From the UHGV virus genome UHGV-0206210: a stretch of 44,081 nt of DNA. One strand, given 5' to 3'. The DNA comes from a virus. Shown here in pieces: positions 7,714 to 15,818 of this stretch. Under the pieces are notes generated by a model that saw only the letters and a list, made by a program, of their open reading frames with translations, had not been told where the DNA came from and made no database searches. The position numbers and the translations under genes are program-made. How positions within the stretch are numbered: position 1 is the stretch's first letter; each line of letters starts with the position of its first letter.

Positions 7714-9078
7714 TCATACTGACTTATGATGTTTATTTTTATCAGTCCCTTCGTTCGAAATACCATCCATACCGCCTGCGTGTCCACCTACCAACTTGCT
7801 CCGAGCAATCGCACGGGCGCCATCAAGTTTGCTATTAGCATGAACAATAGAAGTAAATCCGTATTTCTCTCTTATCTTGTCGATGATCTTATCAAGCTTT
7901 ATCTGCTTTATCTGCTCCTCAGCATCAGCAAATAAATCAAGCTGAACACTTGATGTGTAAATCAATTTTGAATAAGTGATACCAACGTGACGAACCACTT
8001 GGCCAGTATAATATTTACGAAATAGGAACAGTGCGTGCGACACCAATACTTTTGTGTTATCTGTTGGCGGGACAGTCATTTGTCTAGAGAATCCTTTCTG
8101 TGTTTCTCCAAACGCAACACCAATGTAAATGGAAACGCAAGAAGTTTGACAATGATGTCTTCGTATCCTTGCAGCAACCTGTTCCGCCATCTCTTTAACA
8201 ACAATTTCAATTTCATCTTGTAAATAATAATTCCTGTTTAGCACTTGACTATTTCCATAACTTTTATCTCTTGTCTGAGGAGCTGGCTCAGAAATAATCG
8301 TCCGATCAATTCCATTCGCATGATGGTATAACTGTTCTCCTATGATCCCCATTCTACTTCGCAACAAATCGGGGTTAGCCTTTGCGAGTTGTTCTATCGT
8401 TTCTATTCCCATTCGCTCAAGTCGTTTTTGTGTGCGTGATCCAATGCCCCAAAATTCTGTGATAGGAGAGATGTTCCAAACTTTACTTTCCACGTCTTGA
8501 TAGGTCCATTCCGCAATAAGTGATTTATTATGCTTCGATTCGTTGTCTAATGCTAGTTTGGCCAAAAGAGGATTGTCTCCAATCCCAACCGTCACGTATA
8601 GCTTTGTCGTGTCATAGACATCACGTTGAATCATCTTAGCTAGTCGCCATCGTCTTTCGCTTCGAGACAAGCTTTTGTCTGGCACAAACAAGTTCAGCGA
8701 TTTAGTTACGTCCATCATTGATTCATCAATAGAGTAGAGGAGTAGATCCTCATCGGCTACATATTTTCTAAATACATTGTTTACTTTCAGATTTTCTTTT
8801 ATATATAAATTCATCCGTGGAGGGACCTTGAATAGGAGCGGATGGTTCGGTAAATTATCTGCACGAGTAACATTTGAGATTCCCAATTTCTTTTTTGCCA
8901 AGGGAGAAGCAGCAAGGACCAGTCCGTTTCCTGTATTATCAGATTGAGACATGACTACAAGCATGGTTTTCATTGGATGAAATCCACGTTGTACACACTC
9001 GACAGATGCATAAAATGATTTTACATCAACAAAAAGAATGTCACGTTTGGGTTCAAGTTCGTATCTAAAACGCCCCAT
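7714..9078 (-). CDS. Y-family translesion DNA polymerase (UmuC/UvrX/PolY2-like).
   Basis: 454 aa. N-terminus MGRFRYELEPKRDILFVDVKSFYASVE with the conserved FxDxxxFYASVE palm motif. AAGGAG RBS 9 nt upstream on the minus strand. Confidence 0.8.
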   Translation of the reverse strand: MGRFRYELEPKRDILFVDVKSFYASVECVQRGFHPMKTMLVVMSQSDNTGNGLVLAASPLAKKKLGISNVTRADNLPNHPLLFKVPPRMNLYIKENLKVNNVFRKYVADEDLLLYSIDESMMDVTKSLNLFVPDKSLSRSERRWRLAKMIQRDVYDTTKLYVTVGIGDNPLLAKLALDNESKHNKSLIAEWTYQDVESKVWNISPITEFWGIGSRTQKRLERMGIETIEQLAKANPDLLRSRMGIIGEQLYHHANGIDRTIISEPAPQTRDKSYGNSQVLNRNYYLQDEIEIVVKEMAEQVAARIRRHHCQTSCVSIYIGVAFGETQKGFSRQMTVPPTDNTKVLVSHALFLFRKYYTGQVVRHVGITYSKLIYTSSVQLDLFADAEEQIKQIKLDKIIDKIREKYGFTSIVHANSKLDGARAIARSKLVGGHAGGMDGISNEGTDKNKHHKSV

Positions 9079-9105
9079 AATAGCTCACTCCTTAAGGAAA
9101 GTATA

Positions 9106-9118
9106 CGAACGTTTGTTC
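9106..9118. promoter_or_regulatory. LexA (Cheo) box CGAAC-N4-GTTC inside the umuC-like promoter.
   Basis: cgaacgtttgttc lies between minus-strand -35 TTTACA (rc of 9123-9128) and -10 TATACT (rc of 9100-9105), 17-bp spacer. Matches the Firmicutes LexA operator consensus CGAACN4GTTCG. Confidence 0.6.
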
Positions 9119-9195
9119 TGTTTGTAAAGCGAACAGGAAATAAAAAAATCAATCTAGGATAAGCGAGGAAAATAAATTGGTTTGATGATGATAAT

Positions 9196-9228
9196 TGACT
9201 ACCATTTTGACTACCATTTGACTACTAA
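9196..9228. repeat. Three tandem copies of TGACTACCATTT, the third degenerate. Candidate integrase arm-type sites of attP.
   Basis: tgactaccattt tgactaccattt gactactaa. Confidence 0.5.
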
Positions 9229-9229
9229 A

Positions 9230-9329
9230 AAGGAAAAACTACGAAAAGCTTTTCTATAGCTTGAACACCAAAAAAGAGGTAGAAACCTCTGTGTAATAGG
9301 GTTTCTACCTCTCAGGAAAAACTACGAAA
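9230..9329 (-). terminator. 13-bp perfect inverted repeat. With the T-run on the minus strand it acts as the integrase terminator. Flanked by 17-bp direct repeats aggaaaaactacgaaaa.
   Basis: agaggtagaaacc (9275-9287) and ggtttctacctct (9300-9312). On the minus strand, ttttttggtgtt follows the stem. Direct repeats at 9230-9246 and 9313-9329. Confidence 0.5.
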
Positions 9330-9401
9330 ATCTAATCGATTTTAGTCTATGGAGATGGCGGGAGTCGCATTTTTATTGATAGAACAATGCTTCTTTAGAA
9401 A

Positions 9402-9423
9402 TGACTACCATTTTGACTACCAC
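9402..9423. repeat. Two more tandem TGACTACCATTT copies, immediately 3' of int. Arm-type site candidates.
   Basis: atgactaccattttgactaccacg. Confidence 0.5.
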
Positions 9424-9425
9424 GA

Positions 9426-10568
9426 TTAAAAGTCAACGTAATTATTAAACCTATTTGCTAACTGCTCTTTTGCTGTTTTTGATACGTGGGTATATACATC
9501 CATTGTAGTTTGGATGTCAGAATGACCAAGCCTTGATTGAACGTCTTTAATAGAAGCACCGGCTTCAAATAATAACGATGCATGTGTGTGACGAAAGCCA
9601 TGAATAGATATCTGTTTGAAATCATCCGGCAAGTTTTTCATGGCAGTTAGGTACCATTTTCTCGGTTTAGCAGGCGATAATATTCCTCCATCTTCACTTT
9701 GAAAGACTAAACCATCTGGAGACTTTTTTTTGTACTCTTGTAATATAGACACAGTTTTGTCATCAATTGAGATTCTTCGAATAGAAGAAGGAGTTTTTGG
9801 CGTTTGAATATAAAGCCCTGTTGCACTTCTCGAAACAGCCTTGTTTATGTATAATGTTTGTTTTTCCAAATCGATATCAGACCATTTCAGCGCTAATGAT
9901 TCTCCTTTGCGCATTCCGGTAAATGCTAACAAACGAAAATATACAAAAGATCTAAAATTGTTGTTGTTTTCTAAAGCTGCCATAAATTTCTTCAACTCAT
10001 CTTTGTCATAGAAATTCATATCTTTGTCTTCTCTAACTGATTCCTTCCTTACAGGCTTCTTAATCACTTTTGTTGGATTCATATTGATCAATTGCATTCT
10101 TATTGCGTAATCAAATACCAATCCAGCATAATTCATAACCATGCTTGCACGCACAAGCTTCTTGTGCCAAATATTCATTTGATTCTGTGCATCCATCGGT
10201 TTGATGTCTTGTATAGGTTTATTACCAAATGCTGGAAGTATATGATTTTTGAAAACTCGCTCTGTTTTTAGTAACGTTGAAGCTTTAACTGTTGTTTTGT
10301 ATTCCTCATACCATAGATTATATATCTGTTCATAGGTATGAATCATTTGTGGTTCAGACTCTGGTTTTGATAATCCGTTTAGTTCTAAATCAGCGATTGC
10401 TAAACGTGCTTCTCTTTGAGTTCTAAAGCCACGTCTTGTAGTGCGGATTGGTTTTTTGGTGTCTTGATCAATGCCAAGATACAGCTTAAACATATAAGCT
10501 TTTTCGCCATTTTTTTTGACGTATTCTTTTATTCGGATATCCTGTTCTTTCTTAGCCAATTGCTTCAA
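9426..10568 (-). CDS. int: Tyrosine site-specific integrase.
   Basis: C-terminal HGFRHTHASLLFEAG...LGHSDIQTTMDVYTHV (R..HxxR..Y catalytic motif). TTG start. RBS spacing favours the TTG at 10559. Confidence 0.85.
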   Translation of the reverse strand: MKQLAKKEQDIRIKEYVKKNGEKAYMFKLYLGIDQDTKKPIRTTRRGFRTQREARLAIADLELNGLSKPESEPQMIHTYEQIYNLWYEEYKTTVKASTLLKTERVFKNHILPAFGNKPIQDIKPMDAQNQMNIWHKKLVRASMVMNYAGLVFDYAIRMQLINMNPTKVIKKPVRKESVREDKDMNFYDKDELKKFMAALENNNNFRSFVYFRLLAFTGMRKGESLALKWSDIDLEKQTLYINKAVSRSATGLYIQTPKTPSSIRRISIDDKTVSILQEYKKKSPDGLVFQSEDGGILSPAKPRKWYLTAMKNLPDDFKQISIHGFRHTHASLLFEAGASIKDVQSRLGHSDIQTTMDVYTHVSKTAKEQLANRFNNYVDF

Positions 10569-10663
10569 CTCCTTGAATTTGTTACAATAGGCGTAGCAAA
10601 TAAGCCTTATTGTTTATTGCTTTAGCACGCTCGCTTTGGACGGTGGGGCGTGTTATTTATGTT

Positions 10664-11260
10664 TTATTCATCCCATGTTGCTTGACCGTAAGTAACGGAA
10701 TATGGCGCATTTCCTTTGGAAGAAAAGTGCATAATCACTGTTGCTTTTTTGCCGCCTGCTATAGTATGGGGAATATTATTCAAATAGGTAGAAGCATCGA
10801 AAGTCGCTAATTCAGAGTTCCCATCGTACAAATCGAATGTCTGAGCATTAAAGTCTATTGGTTCGTTAGAAGTATTTTCTACTATTGCCGTTACAACAAC
10901 AGGATGCTCACCTTCTTTAGGATCATCTAAAGTTACTGAATCGTCTGCTTTTACCTCAGTAACAGTAATCTTCTCTTTCGTTGTGAACTCAGCCGATTCT
11001 CCATATTTAAACGAACTAGCCGATGATGCAGAATTGTCATCTTCTTGGGTAGCAGATGTGCCTTCAAATAAATTCTCAAAATTTGCTACTCTTTCAGACA
11101 GCTCACTGTTTTCTGATTTCAATTTTGAATTCTCAGCTGTTAAACTATCTACTGTATCTTGCAAATCTGAATCGTTAGATGCTCCTGCTTGACCATTCTG
11201 TCCACTGCATCCGGAAAGCAACAACGCACTAAACAAAACCCCAAAGATTACTTTTTTCAT
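10664..11260 (-). CDS. Prophage lipoprotein. Signal peptide with lipobox LLSGC, a Ser/Asn-rich linker and a beta-sandwich-like C-terminal domain. Candidate superinfection-exclusion or surface moron.
   Basis: MKKVIFGVLFSALLLSGCSG. Location between int and the repressor module is typical of sie/Ltp-type genes. Confidence 0.55.
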   Translation of the reverse strand: MKKVIFGVLFSALLLSGCSGQNGQAGASNDSDLQDTVDSLTAENSKLKSENSELSERVANFENLFEGTSATQEDDNSASSASSFKYGESAEFTTKEKITVTEVKADDSVTLDDPKEGEHPVVVTAIVENTSNEPIDFNAQTFDLYDGNSELATFDASTYLNNIPHTIAGGKKATVIMHFSSKGNAPYSVTYGQATWDE

Positions 11261-11317
11261 TCCTTTTCCTCATTCCTTTGATATAATATATTTGTAATCT
11301 CTCAGAAATGAGTGACC

Positions 11318-11351
11318 CTTATCGAAGCTGGAACTTCGGTAGGGGTGTTTT
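11318..11351 (+). terminator. Plus-strand hairpin followed by a T-run, between two minus-strand genes. Could end a short transcript from the extended -10 TGATATAAT at 11279-11287.
   Basis: cgaagctggaacttcg inside acccttatc...gtaggggt, then gttttttat. Confidence 0.25.
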
Positions 11352-11762
11352 TTATCCATAGTTTAGCATGCTTTCTCGAACGCAACTTTCAAGATTCCAT
11401 GGTATGTTGTAATACTCCATAAATTTAACAGCATTCAATTGCTCTTTGTCAAAGTCGTATTCATTTGACCAAATAAATAAAAGTATTTCTATAGCAATCC
11501 GATTTGCTTCAAATTCTAATTTATGCCTGCTGTAATCTGTTGCGTTGTAATAAGCAGAAAGTTCTTCATGCTTTTTAATGCAATGACCTAGTTCGTGGGA
11601 TATTTCAAAATCTGAATTATTCTCAAGTAATTTATCACTTAAAAAAATCACTTTTTCATCCGCAAAATAAATACCGCTTCGATCCATATCCGTAAAGATC
11701 AGATCCAAACCCATATCATTTACTATTTTTAGCAAATGATGATTAACCTCGCACATATACAC
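11352..11762 (-). CDS. ImmA/IrrE-family zinc metallopeptidase (anti-repressor protease).
   Basis: HEXXH motif HELGHCIKKHEE. Lies adjacent and co-directional to an XRE-type repressor. Confidence 0.75.
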   Translation of the reverse strand: MYMCEVNHHLLKIVNDMGLDLIFTDMDRSGIYFADEKVIFLSDKLLENNSDFEISHELGHCIKKHEELSAYYNATDYSRHKLEFEANRIAIEILLFIWSNEYDFDKEQLNAVKFMEYYNIPWNLESCVRESMLNYG

Positions 11763-11773
11763 ATCACATCGCT

Positions 11774-12085
11774 TTACTTTTTCTCTGCAGCTCTTTTGGC
11801 AGCTAGAACTGATTTCAAGAACTCCACTTCTTCATCTGTTACTGGTTCTCCATCAAATGCGAAGACCCCATATTTTTCCGCAAGAGAACTTTGCTCTTCA
11901 CGACCCAGAAGGTAATCTACACTTACATTGAAGTAATCAGCTACCGCTTCTAGTCTATCCGATTTGGGACTAGACTTTTTCCACTGGTAAAAAAGATTTT
12001 CACTGAAACCAAGGTCAGTAGCAACCTTTGAAACACTTACGCCTCTTTTATCAGCAAGAAATTTAATTCTGTCAAATACAGTCAT
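11774..12085 (-). CDS. XRE-family HTH repressor (cI-like, ImmR-type).
   Basis: N-terminal HTH SVSKVATDLGFSENLFYQWKK. Faces cro divergently. Confidence 0.75.
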   Translation of the reverse strand: MTVFDRIKFLADKRGVSVSKVATDLGFSENLFYQWKKSSPKSDRLEAVADYFNVSVDYLLGREEQSSLAEKYGVFAFDGEPVTDEEVEFLKSVLAAKRAAEKK

Positions 12086-12116
12086 ATCAATGGTTCCCCT
12101 TTGTTCGAGGAATAAA

Positions 12117-12168
12117 ATTATAGTTTTCTATAGAAATTTGTTGACATATTCTATAGTTTGCTATAATA
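12117..12168. promoter_or_regulatory. Genetic-switch region. Palindromic operator copies overlap the divergent promoters, including TTGACA, 16-bp spacer, TATAAT on the plus strand.
   Basis: ttatagttttctatagaa (12118-12136), TTGACA at 12141-12146, ttctatagtttgctataat (12149-12167) with TATAAT at 12163-12168. Minus-strand TATAAT is the rc of 12117-12122. Confidence 0.55.
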
Positions 12169-12288
12169 TAAACCTCGTAAGATAAATGGCAAGAAAAAAA
12201 GATACATAAATCTAACCTAATAATTCCAACGTTTGGCGACGTAATCGAAATAAAAAGGTTTTTGTAAGCTTATTTAACTATGCTTTCA

Positions 12289-12308
12289 TTCTATAGTTTT
12301 CTATAGAA
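12289..12308. promoter_or_regulatory. Third operator copy, a perfect palindrome TTCTATAGttttCTATAGAA.
   Basis: Exact 8-bp half-sites separated by tttt. Lies upstream of cro. Confidence 0.5.
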
Positions 12309-12375
12309 AAGTCAATAGGTTAATGTAAATTTCTTGCCGATTATCTTACAGAATATATGAAAAGGAGGTAATGAT

Positions 12376-12567
12376 ATGCCGAGTATAGCAACCGGGAGGC
12401 AAAAAGTATTGGAATACATTGAAGAAAATAATATTTCTATGGCTGATCTAGCTGTCGCATATGGAGTGAAAAGACAGGATATACACTCTTACTTGACTGG
12501 GAAATTAGAGAACGTAAAAGGCAACCAGTTGATTCTTAGGATTATTGCTGATTATCGAATCAGATAG
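12376..12567 (+). CDS. Cro-like HTH regulator.
   Basis: 63 aa with HTH ISMADLAVAYGVKRQDIHSYL. AAAGGAGG RBS. Confidence 0.6.
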   Translation: MPSIATGRQKVLEYIEENNISMADLAVAYGVKRQDIHSYLTGKLENVKGNQLILRIIADYRIR

Positions 12568-12577
12568 GAGGGAGACC

Positions 12578-12811
12578 ATGCCGGATATTGATGAAAAAAC
12601 TATTCAACTTATTTTGAAAAAGTACGTTCCTAAGCGCTACCTGAATCAGCGTGAGGCTTGTATCTACGCTGGGACAAGTCCAAAGACTATGAATGCATGG
12701 ATTAAGCGAGGACTGAAGCAAATCGTTCTTGATGATGAAAGTAACCCAAAATACGATGTTCGAGATATCGACGCTTTCATGAAAGAACACAAAATCGGGA
12801 TCGGGAAGTGA
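12578..12811 (+). CDS. Excisionase-family (MerR-like HTH) DNA-binding protein.
   Basis: AGGAGGG RBS. Motif NQREACIYAGTSPKTMNAWIKRGLKQI. Confidence 0.45.
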   Translation: MPDIDEKTIQLILKKYVPKRYLNQREACIYAGTSPKTMNAWIKRGLKQIVLDDESNPKYDVRDIDAFMKEHKIGIGK

Positions 12812-12815
12812 TTGT

Positions 12816-13010
12816 ATGAACTACAACTTGCAGCAAGAACTTATGATCCATGGTCTTATCAAAGAAAAGATGAGAACCTTACACGATCAACTTAACGACC
12901 GGAAAGTACCCCTGACCGAGACACAACGAGATTTATCGATTCGTGAATGCAGAGAGTATCAAGAACTACTTTATCAAAATCGATTGCATCGGCAATCAGA
13001 AACGAGGTGA
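12816..13010 (+). CDS. Hypothetical early protein.
   Basis: 64-aa ORF in the early operon. Confidence 0.3.
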   Translation: MNYNLQQELMIHGLIKEKMRTLHDQLNDRKVPLTETQRDLSIRECREYQELLYQNRLHRQSETR

Positions 13011-13016
13011 GAGAAA

Positions 13017-13228
13017 TGAAAATCACAATCAAAGCAACACCAGAAGAATTAGCAAAATTGCTCCAAGCTATCGGAAGTAGCAAGGAGCAAAAAACAACTG
13101 TTTCTATTGATGAGGAACGAGTTGGAAAAACTATTTTTGAAGCCACTCAAGGAAACGATGAATCAATAGCTCCTCGAAAGTTCAGTCTTGAAGAAGGCTA
13201 TGGAGACAAAATTAAAAATCCTTACTGA
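13017..13228 (+). CDS. Hypothetical early protein.
   Basis: ATG 13017 follows GAGGTGAGAGAA. 70 aa. Confidence 0.3.
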
Positions 13229-13500
13229 GGGAAGATATGTTTACGAATAAATTCCCAATCTTCTTCAGTAGCACGGCCTTGATAGTTCTTAATAATCTCG
13301 CATATGAAAAGTGAATCATTATTATCAAGAACTGTGTTTAGCTTATCTGTCATTTGGTTAGGAGAAAGCGATGTTTTAACCAACCAGAATGATTTTTGGA
13401 GTTTAATGTAAGTTCCAAATTCTTTGATAATCTCGAAAACCTTATCGTATTTCTGACCGGGATCATTCAAATCGTAGCTAATCATAAAAGATTTAAACAT
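13222..13500 (-). CDS. Antisense small protein with a Cas2/VapD-like sequence pattern.
   Basis: 92 aa. AGGGGGTG RBS. MISYDLNDP...YDKVFEIIKEFGTYIKLQKSFWLVKTSLS...DSLFICEI aligns with the Cas2 beta1-alpha1-beta2 pattern (YD...hG.hhQ.ShF). Opposite strand to both neighbours. Confidence 0.3.
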   Translation of the reverse strand: MFKSFMISYDLNDPGQKYDKVFEIIKEFGTYIKLQKSFWLVKTSLSPNQMTDKLNTVLDNNDSLFICEIIKNYQGRATEEDWEFIRKHIFPQ

Positions 13501-13568
13501 TTTTACACCCCCTTATCAATTATTTCAGCCTGTCACACTGATAAGGAAATTATACCAAAGAAAGGAGA

Positions 13569-14480
13569 ATGACATTGAATGAAGTTTCAACAAATTTTGA
13601 CTATTCAATAGTAGATGATACTATTGCTCAATTTTTAAAAGTAAAAGAACAAGAGCTACAGTCAATCGTTCTAAACAGTTCCATCCAGTTAGGCGAAGCC
13701 CTTATTGAGGCACAAGAAAAACTTGCCAAGTATGGAGAAGGAACGTTCGTGAAGTGGTTCGAATCAATTGGGTTGAAAAGGCAAAGCGTATACAACTATA
13801 TCAATCAATGCAAGTTTTTCCATCAAATGGAAAAAGTCGAACAAATCGAAATGTTCCAAGAACTACCAACCACACTCAAAACAGAAATATCTAAACCGTC
13901 AGCTAAACCAGAAGCGGTAGAAATGGTGCTCTCAGGCGATATAAAAACCACCAAAGAATATCGAGAGCTTGAGAAACAGCTAAAAGCAAAGGATGAGCAA
14001 ATTAAACTACAAGCACAGATGATTGATGATCTGAATGAGCAAGAAACGGAAGTAGTTGAAAAAGAAGTCATTGTCGAAAAGGTTCCAGACGACTATCAGC
14101 AGCTTAAGCAATCTACGAAGATTGTTGATGAAATCACCAGAGAAAATAAAGCGCTTAAGGCTGAACAGGAAGCTTTGAAACAACGTATAGCAGATTCCGA
14201 AAAAGCATTGCAAGAAAAAGCGAAGGTTGAAAATGATGAACTAGAACAAGCACAACTAAAACGTTTGAAACGAGATGCTGATATTAGTGTTCATAAACTC
14301 ATTATCAATATGAATCAATTTGTTAAAGAACAAGCGATAACGGTATACGATTCGCAAGCAATCGCTGGTACGAACGATGAGACAAAGCAAAAACTCACGG
14401 ATTCAATTTCCAGAGTTGAAAAATTACTAAAACAAATCAAACAAGAAATTGGGGGAGAAGTAGCATGGGTAATCAATTAA
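13569..14480 (+). CDS. Early protein. N-terminal DUF3102-like domain plus a long coiled-coil.
   Basis: 303 aa. QSIVLNSSIQLGEALIEAQEKLAKYGEGTFVKWFESIGLKRQSVYNYIN. Likely TTG start at 13575. Confidence 0.35.
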   Translation: MTLNEVSTNFDYSIVDDTIAQFLKVKEQELQSIVLNSSIQLGEALIEAQEKLAKYGEGTFVKWFESIGLKRQSVYNYINQCKFFHQMEKVEQIEMFQELPTTLKTEISKPSAKPEAVEMVLSGDIKTTKEYRELEKQLKAKDEQIKLQAQMIDDLNEQETEVVEKEVIVEKVPDDYQQLKQSTKIVDEITRENKALKAEQEALKQRIADSEKALQEKAKVENDELEQAQLKRLKRDADISVHKLIINMNQFVKEQAITVYDSQAIAGTNDETKQKLTDSISRVEKLLKQIKQEIGGEVAWVIN

Positions 14481-14980
14481 CTAAAAACAACACGATCGCA
14501 TTGATCCACACATTGGAAACGCAAGGCAAACAAAGTGAAGCGTTGGTAAGTTTGTTGCGTGAAATGGGAAATGTCAAAGAAGAAATGATTGAGCTGAAAG
14601 ACGAAGTAAAAGAGCACGTCAATGAAAGCCGCTCGCTGTATGAAAAAATGTCTGAGCAAGTCACTATCACGTATGAAGAGCAAAAGGAATTGCGTTCAAT
14701 TGTCAGCAAACTTGCCATTAGCTTAACCGAAGAACATCAAAAGCGCCAAGGTAAAACATACAGCGGCAATCTATTTAAAGCTTGGAAAGGTATGTTCATG
14801 AGCCGTATCCACTCTAAGCTTAAGAAACGCATGAACGTTGTCCGTTACACATCAATTAAGCGAGTTGATTTTGATGAAGCCTTAGCTTATTTAAACGTAC
14901 TAACCTATGAACACTTTAGTCTGGCAGATTTGCAAGCAACGCCTGCAGTATTGAACGTTTTGGAATTGGAGGAGAAATAA
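14465..14980 (+). CDS. Hypothetical early protein.
   Basis: 171-aa ORF, coupled to its neighbours. Confidence 0.3.
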   Translation: MGNQLTKNNTIALIHTLETQGKQSEALVSLLREMGNVKEEMIELKDEVKEHVNESRSLYEKMSEQVTITYEEQKELRSIVSKLAISLTEEHQKRQGKTYSGNLFKAWKGMFMSRIHSKLKKRMNVVRYTSIKRVDFDEALAYLNVLTYEHFSLADLQATPAVLNVLELEEK

Positions 14981-15171
14981 TGGAGTACGAAAACGTAAAA
15001 GAAGCCTTAAAAGATGCAATCGAAATTGCTGAATCTAAGGAAGTGATTACTTGGGATATCGACACAAATTCAAGACCGGCGACAACTGAAGAAGTGCAAG
15101 AAATGATTCGTGAACGCCTGTATAACATTGCGGATTTACTCGGGCTGTCGGAATTGTATTTAGAAAAATAA
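14980..15171 (+). CDS. Hypothetical small acidic protein.
   Basis: 63-aa ORF. ATGG overlap with the upstream gene. Confidence 0.3.
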   Translation: MEYENVKEALKDAIEIAESKEVITWDIDTNSRPATTEEVQEMIRERLYNIADLLGLSELYLEK

Positions 15172-15200
15172 CCCCACACGGAAGGAGGGGCTAAATGGTA

Positions 15201-15818
15201 TCACATATTCTTTAAAGTTTCCAAAACCTCGTAGGCAATTTGTCTAACGGAAGCATAATGAAGATTATCAATATTTTTTGAGTCACCTACTTGTTGCCCG
15301 TTTATATGGTAGAAAGTGGTGCTCCCATCTCCTTTTCGAGAGAAATCATAGTAGTTTATCGGAAGTTTTGGATCCGAGTGCGCGCCACCGTCTTTATCGG
15401 CAATAAAAAGAATGATATCTGCACGAGTAAATCTCTTTTCAGTATCACGATAAACAATTTGATTCCACCAATCGTCAAAAGGAATATAGCTTTTTGGGGA
15501 AGAGTCGAATAGTGGGTAATATTTAAAAAACTCGAAGTTTTCATCGGGTCCCATCGATACTAAACAATTGTCAGATAAAAGATTGTTTTCATCAATTTCA
15601 AAAGCGGTATTAAGGAAAAGCTTATTTTTAAGACCCATGTGCTCAAAAAGCGAGATATTTCTACCGTTGTCATTTAATAAAACTCTTAACCTCGTAGCTA
15701 TATCAATTATTGCAAACTCGTTACCTTGATCGTAATTATCAGAGCTTAATTGGAGCATTTGAACATTCATTTGAAATTCTTTAGAAAAGTCGTCTTTATT
15801 CTTTTTATAGTTGCTCAT
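15201..15818 (-). CDS. Antisense moron. Approx 205-aa protein of unknown function.
   Basis: GAGGTG RBS before ATG at 15818. AT-rich. Transcribed against the early operon. Motif FIADKDGGAHSD, no family recognised. Confidence 0.5.
   Translation of the reverse strand: MSNYKKNKDDFSKEFQMNVQMLQLSSDNYDQGNEFAIIDIATRLRVLLNDNGRNISLFEHMGLKNKLFLNTAFEIDENNLLSDNCLVSMGPDENFEFFKYYPLFDSSPKSYIPFDDWWNQIVYRDTEKRFTRADIILFIADKDGGAHSDPKLPINYYDFSRKGDGSTTFYHINGQQVGDSKNIDNLHYASVRQIAYEVLETLKNM

Noticed and set aside
9180-9200. Considered whether 4992-9078 is host DNA between two tandem prophages, and not phage accessory DNA.
   Set aside because: The end-to-start continuity of the window (RBS-start junction, Tal to fibre order) and the single set of modules fit one circular phage genome better. 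This cannot be excluded without flanking data.
12186-12209. 7-codon mini-ORF in the cro leader.
   Set aside because: Too short and no RBS. Probably incidental.
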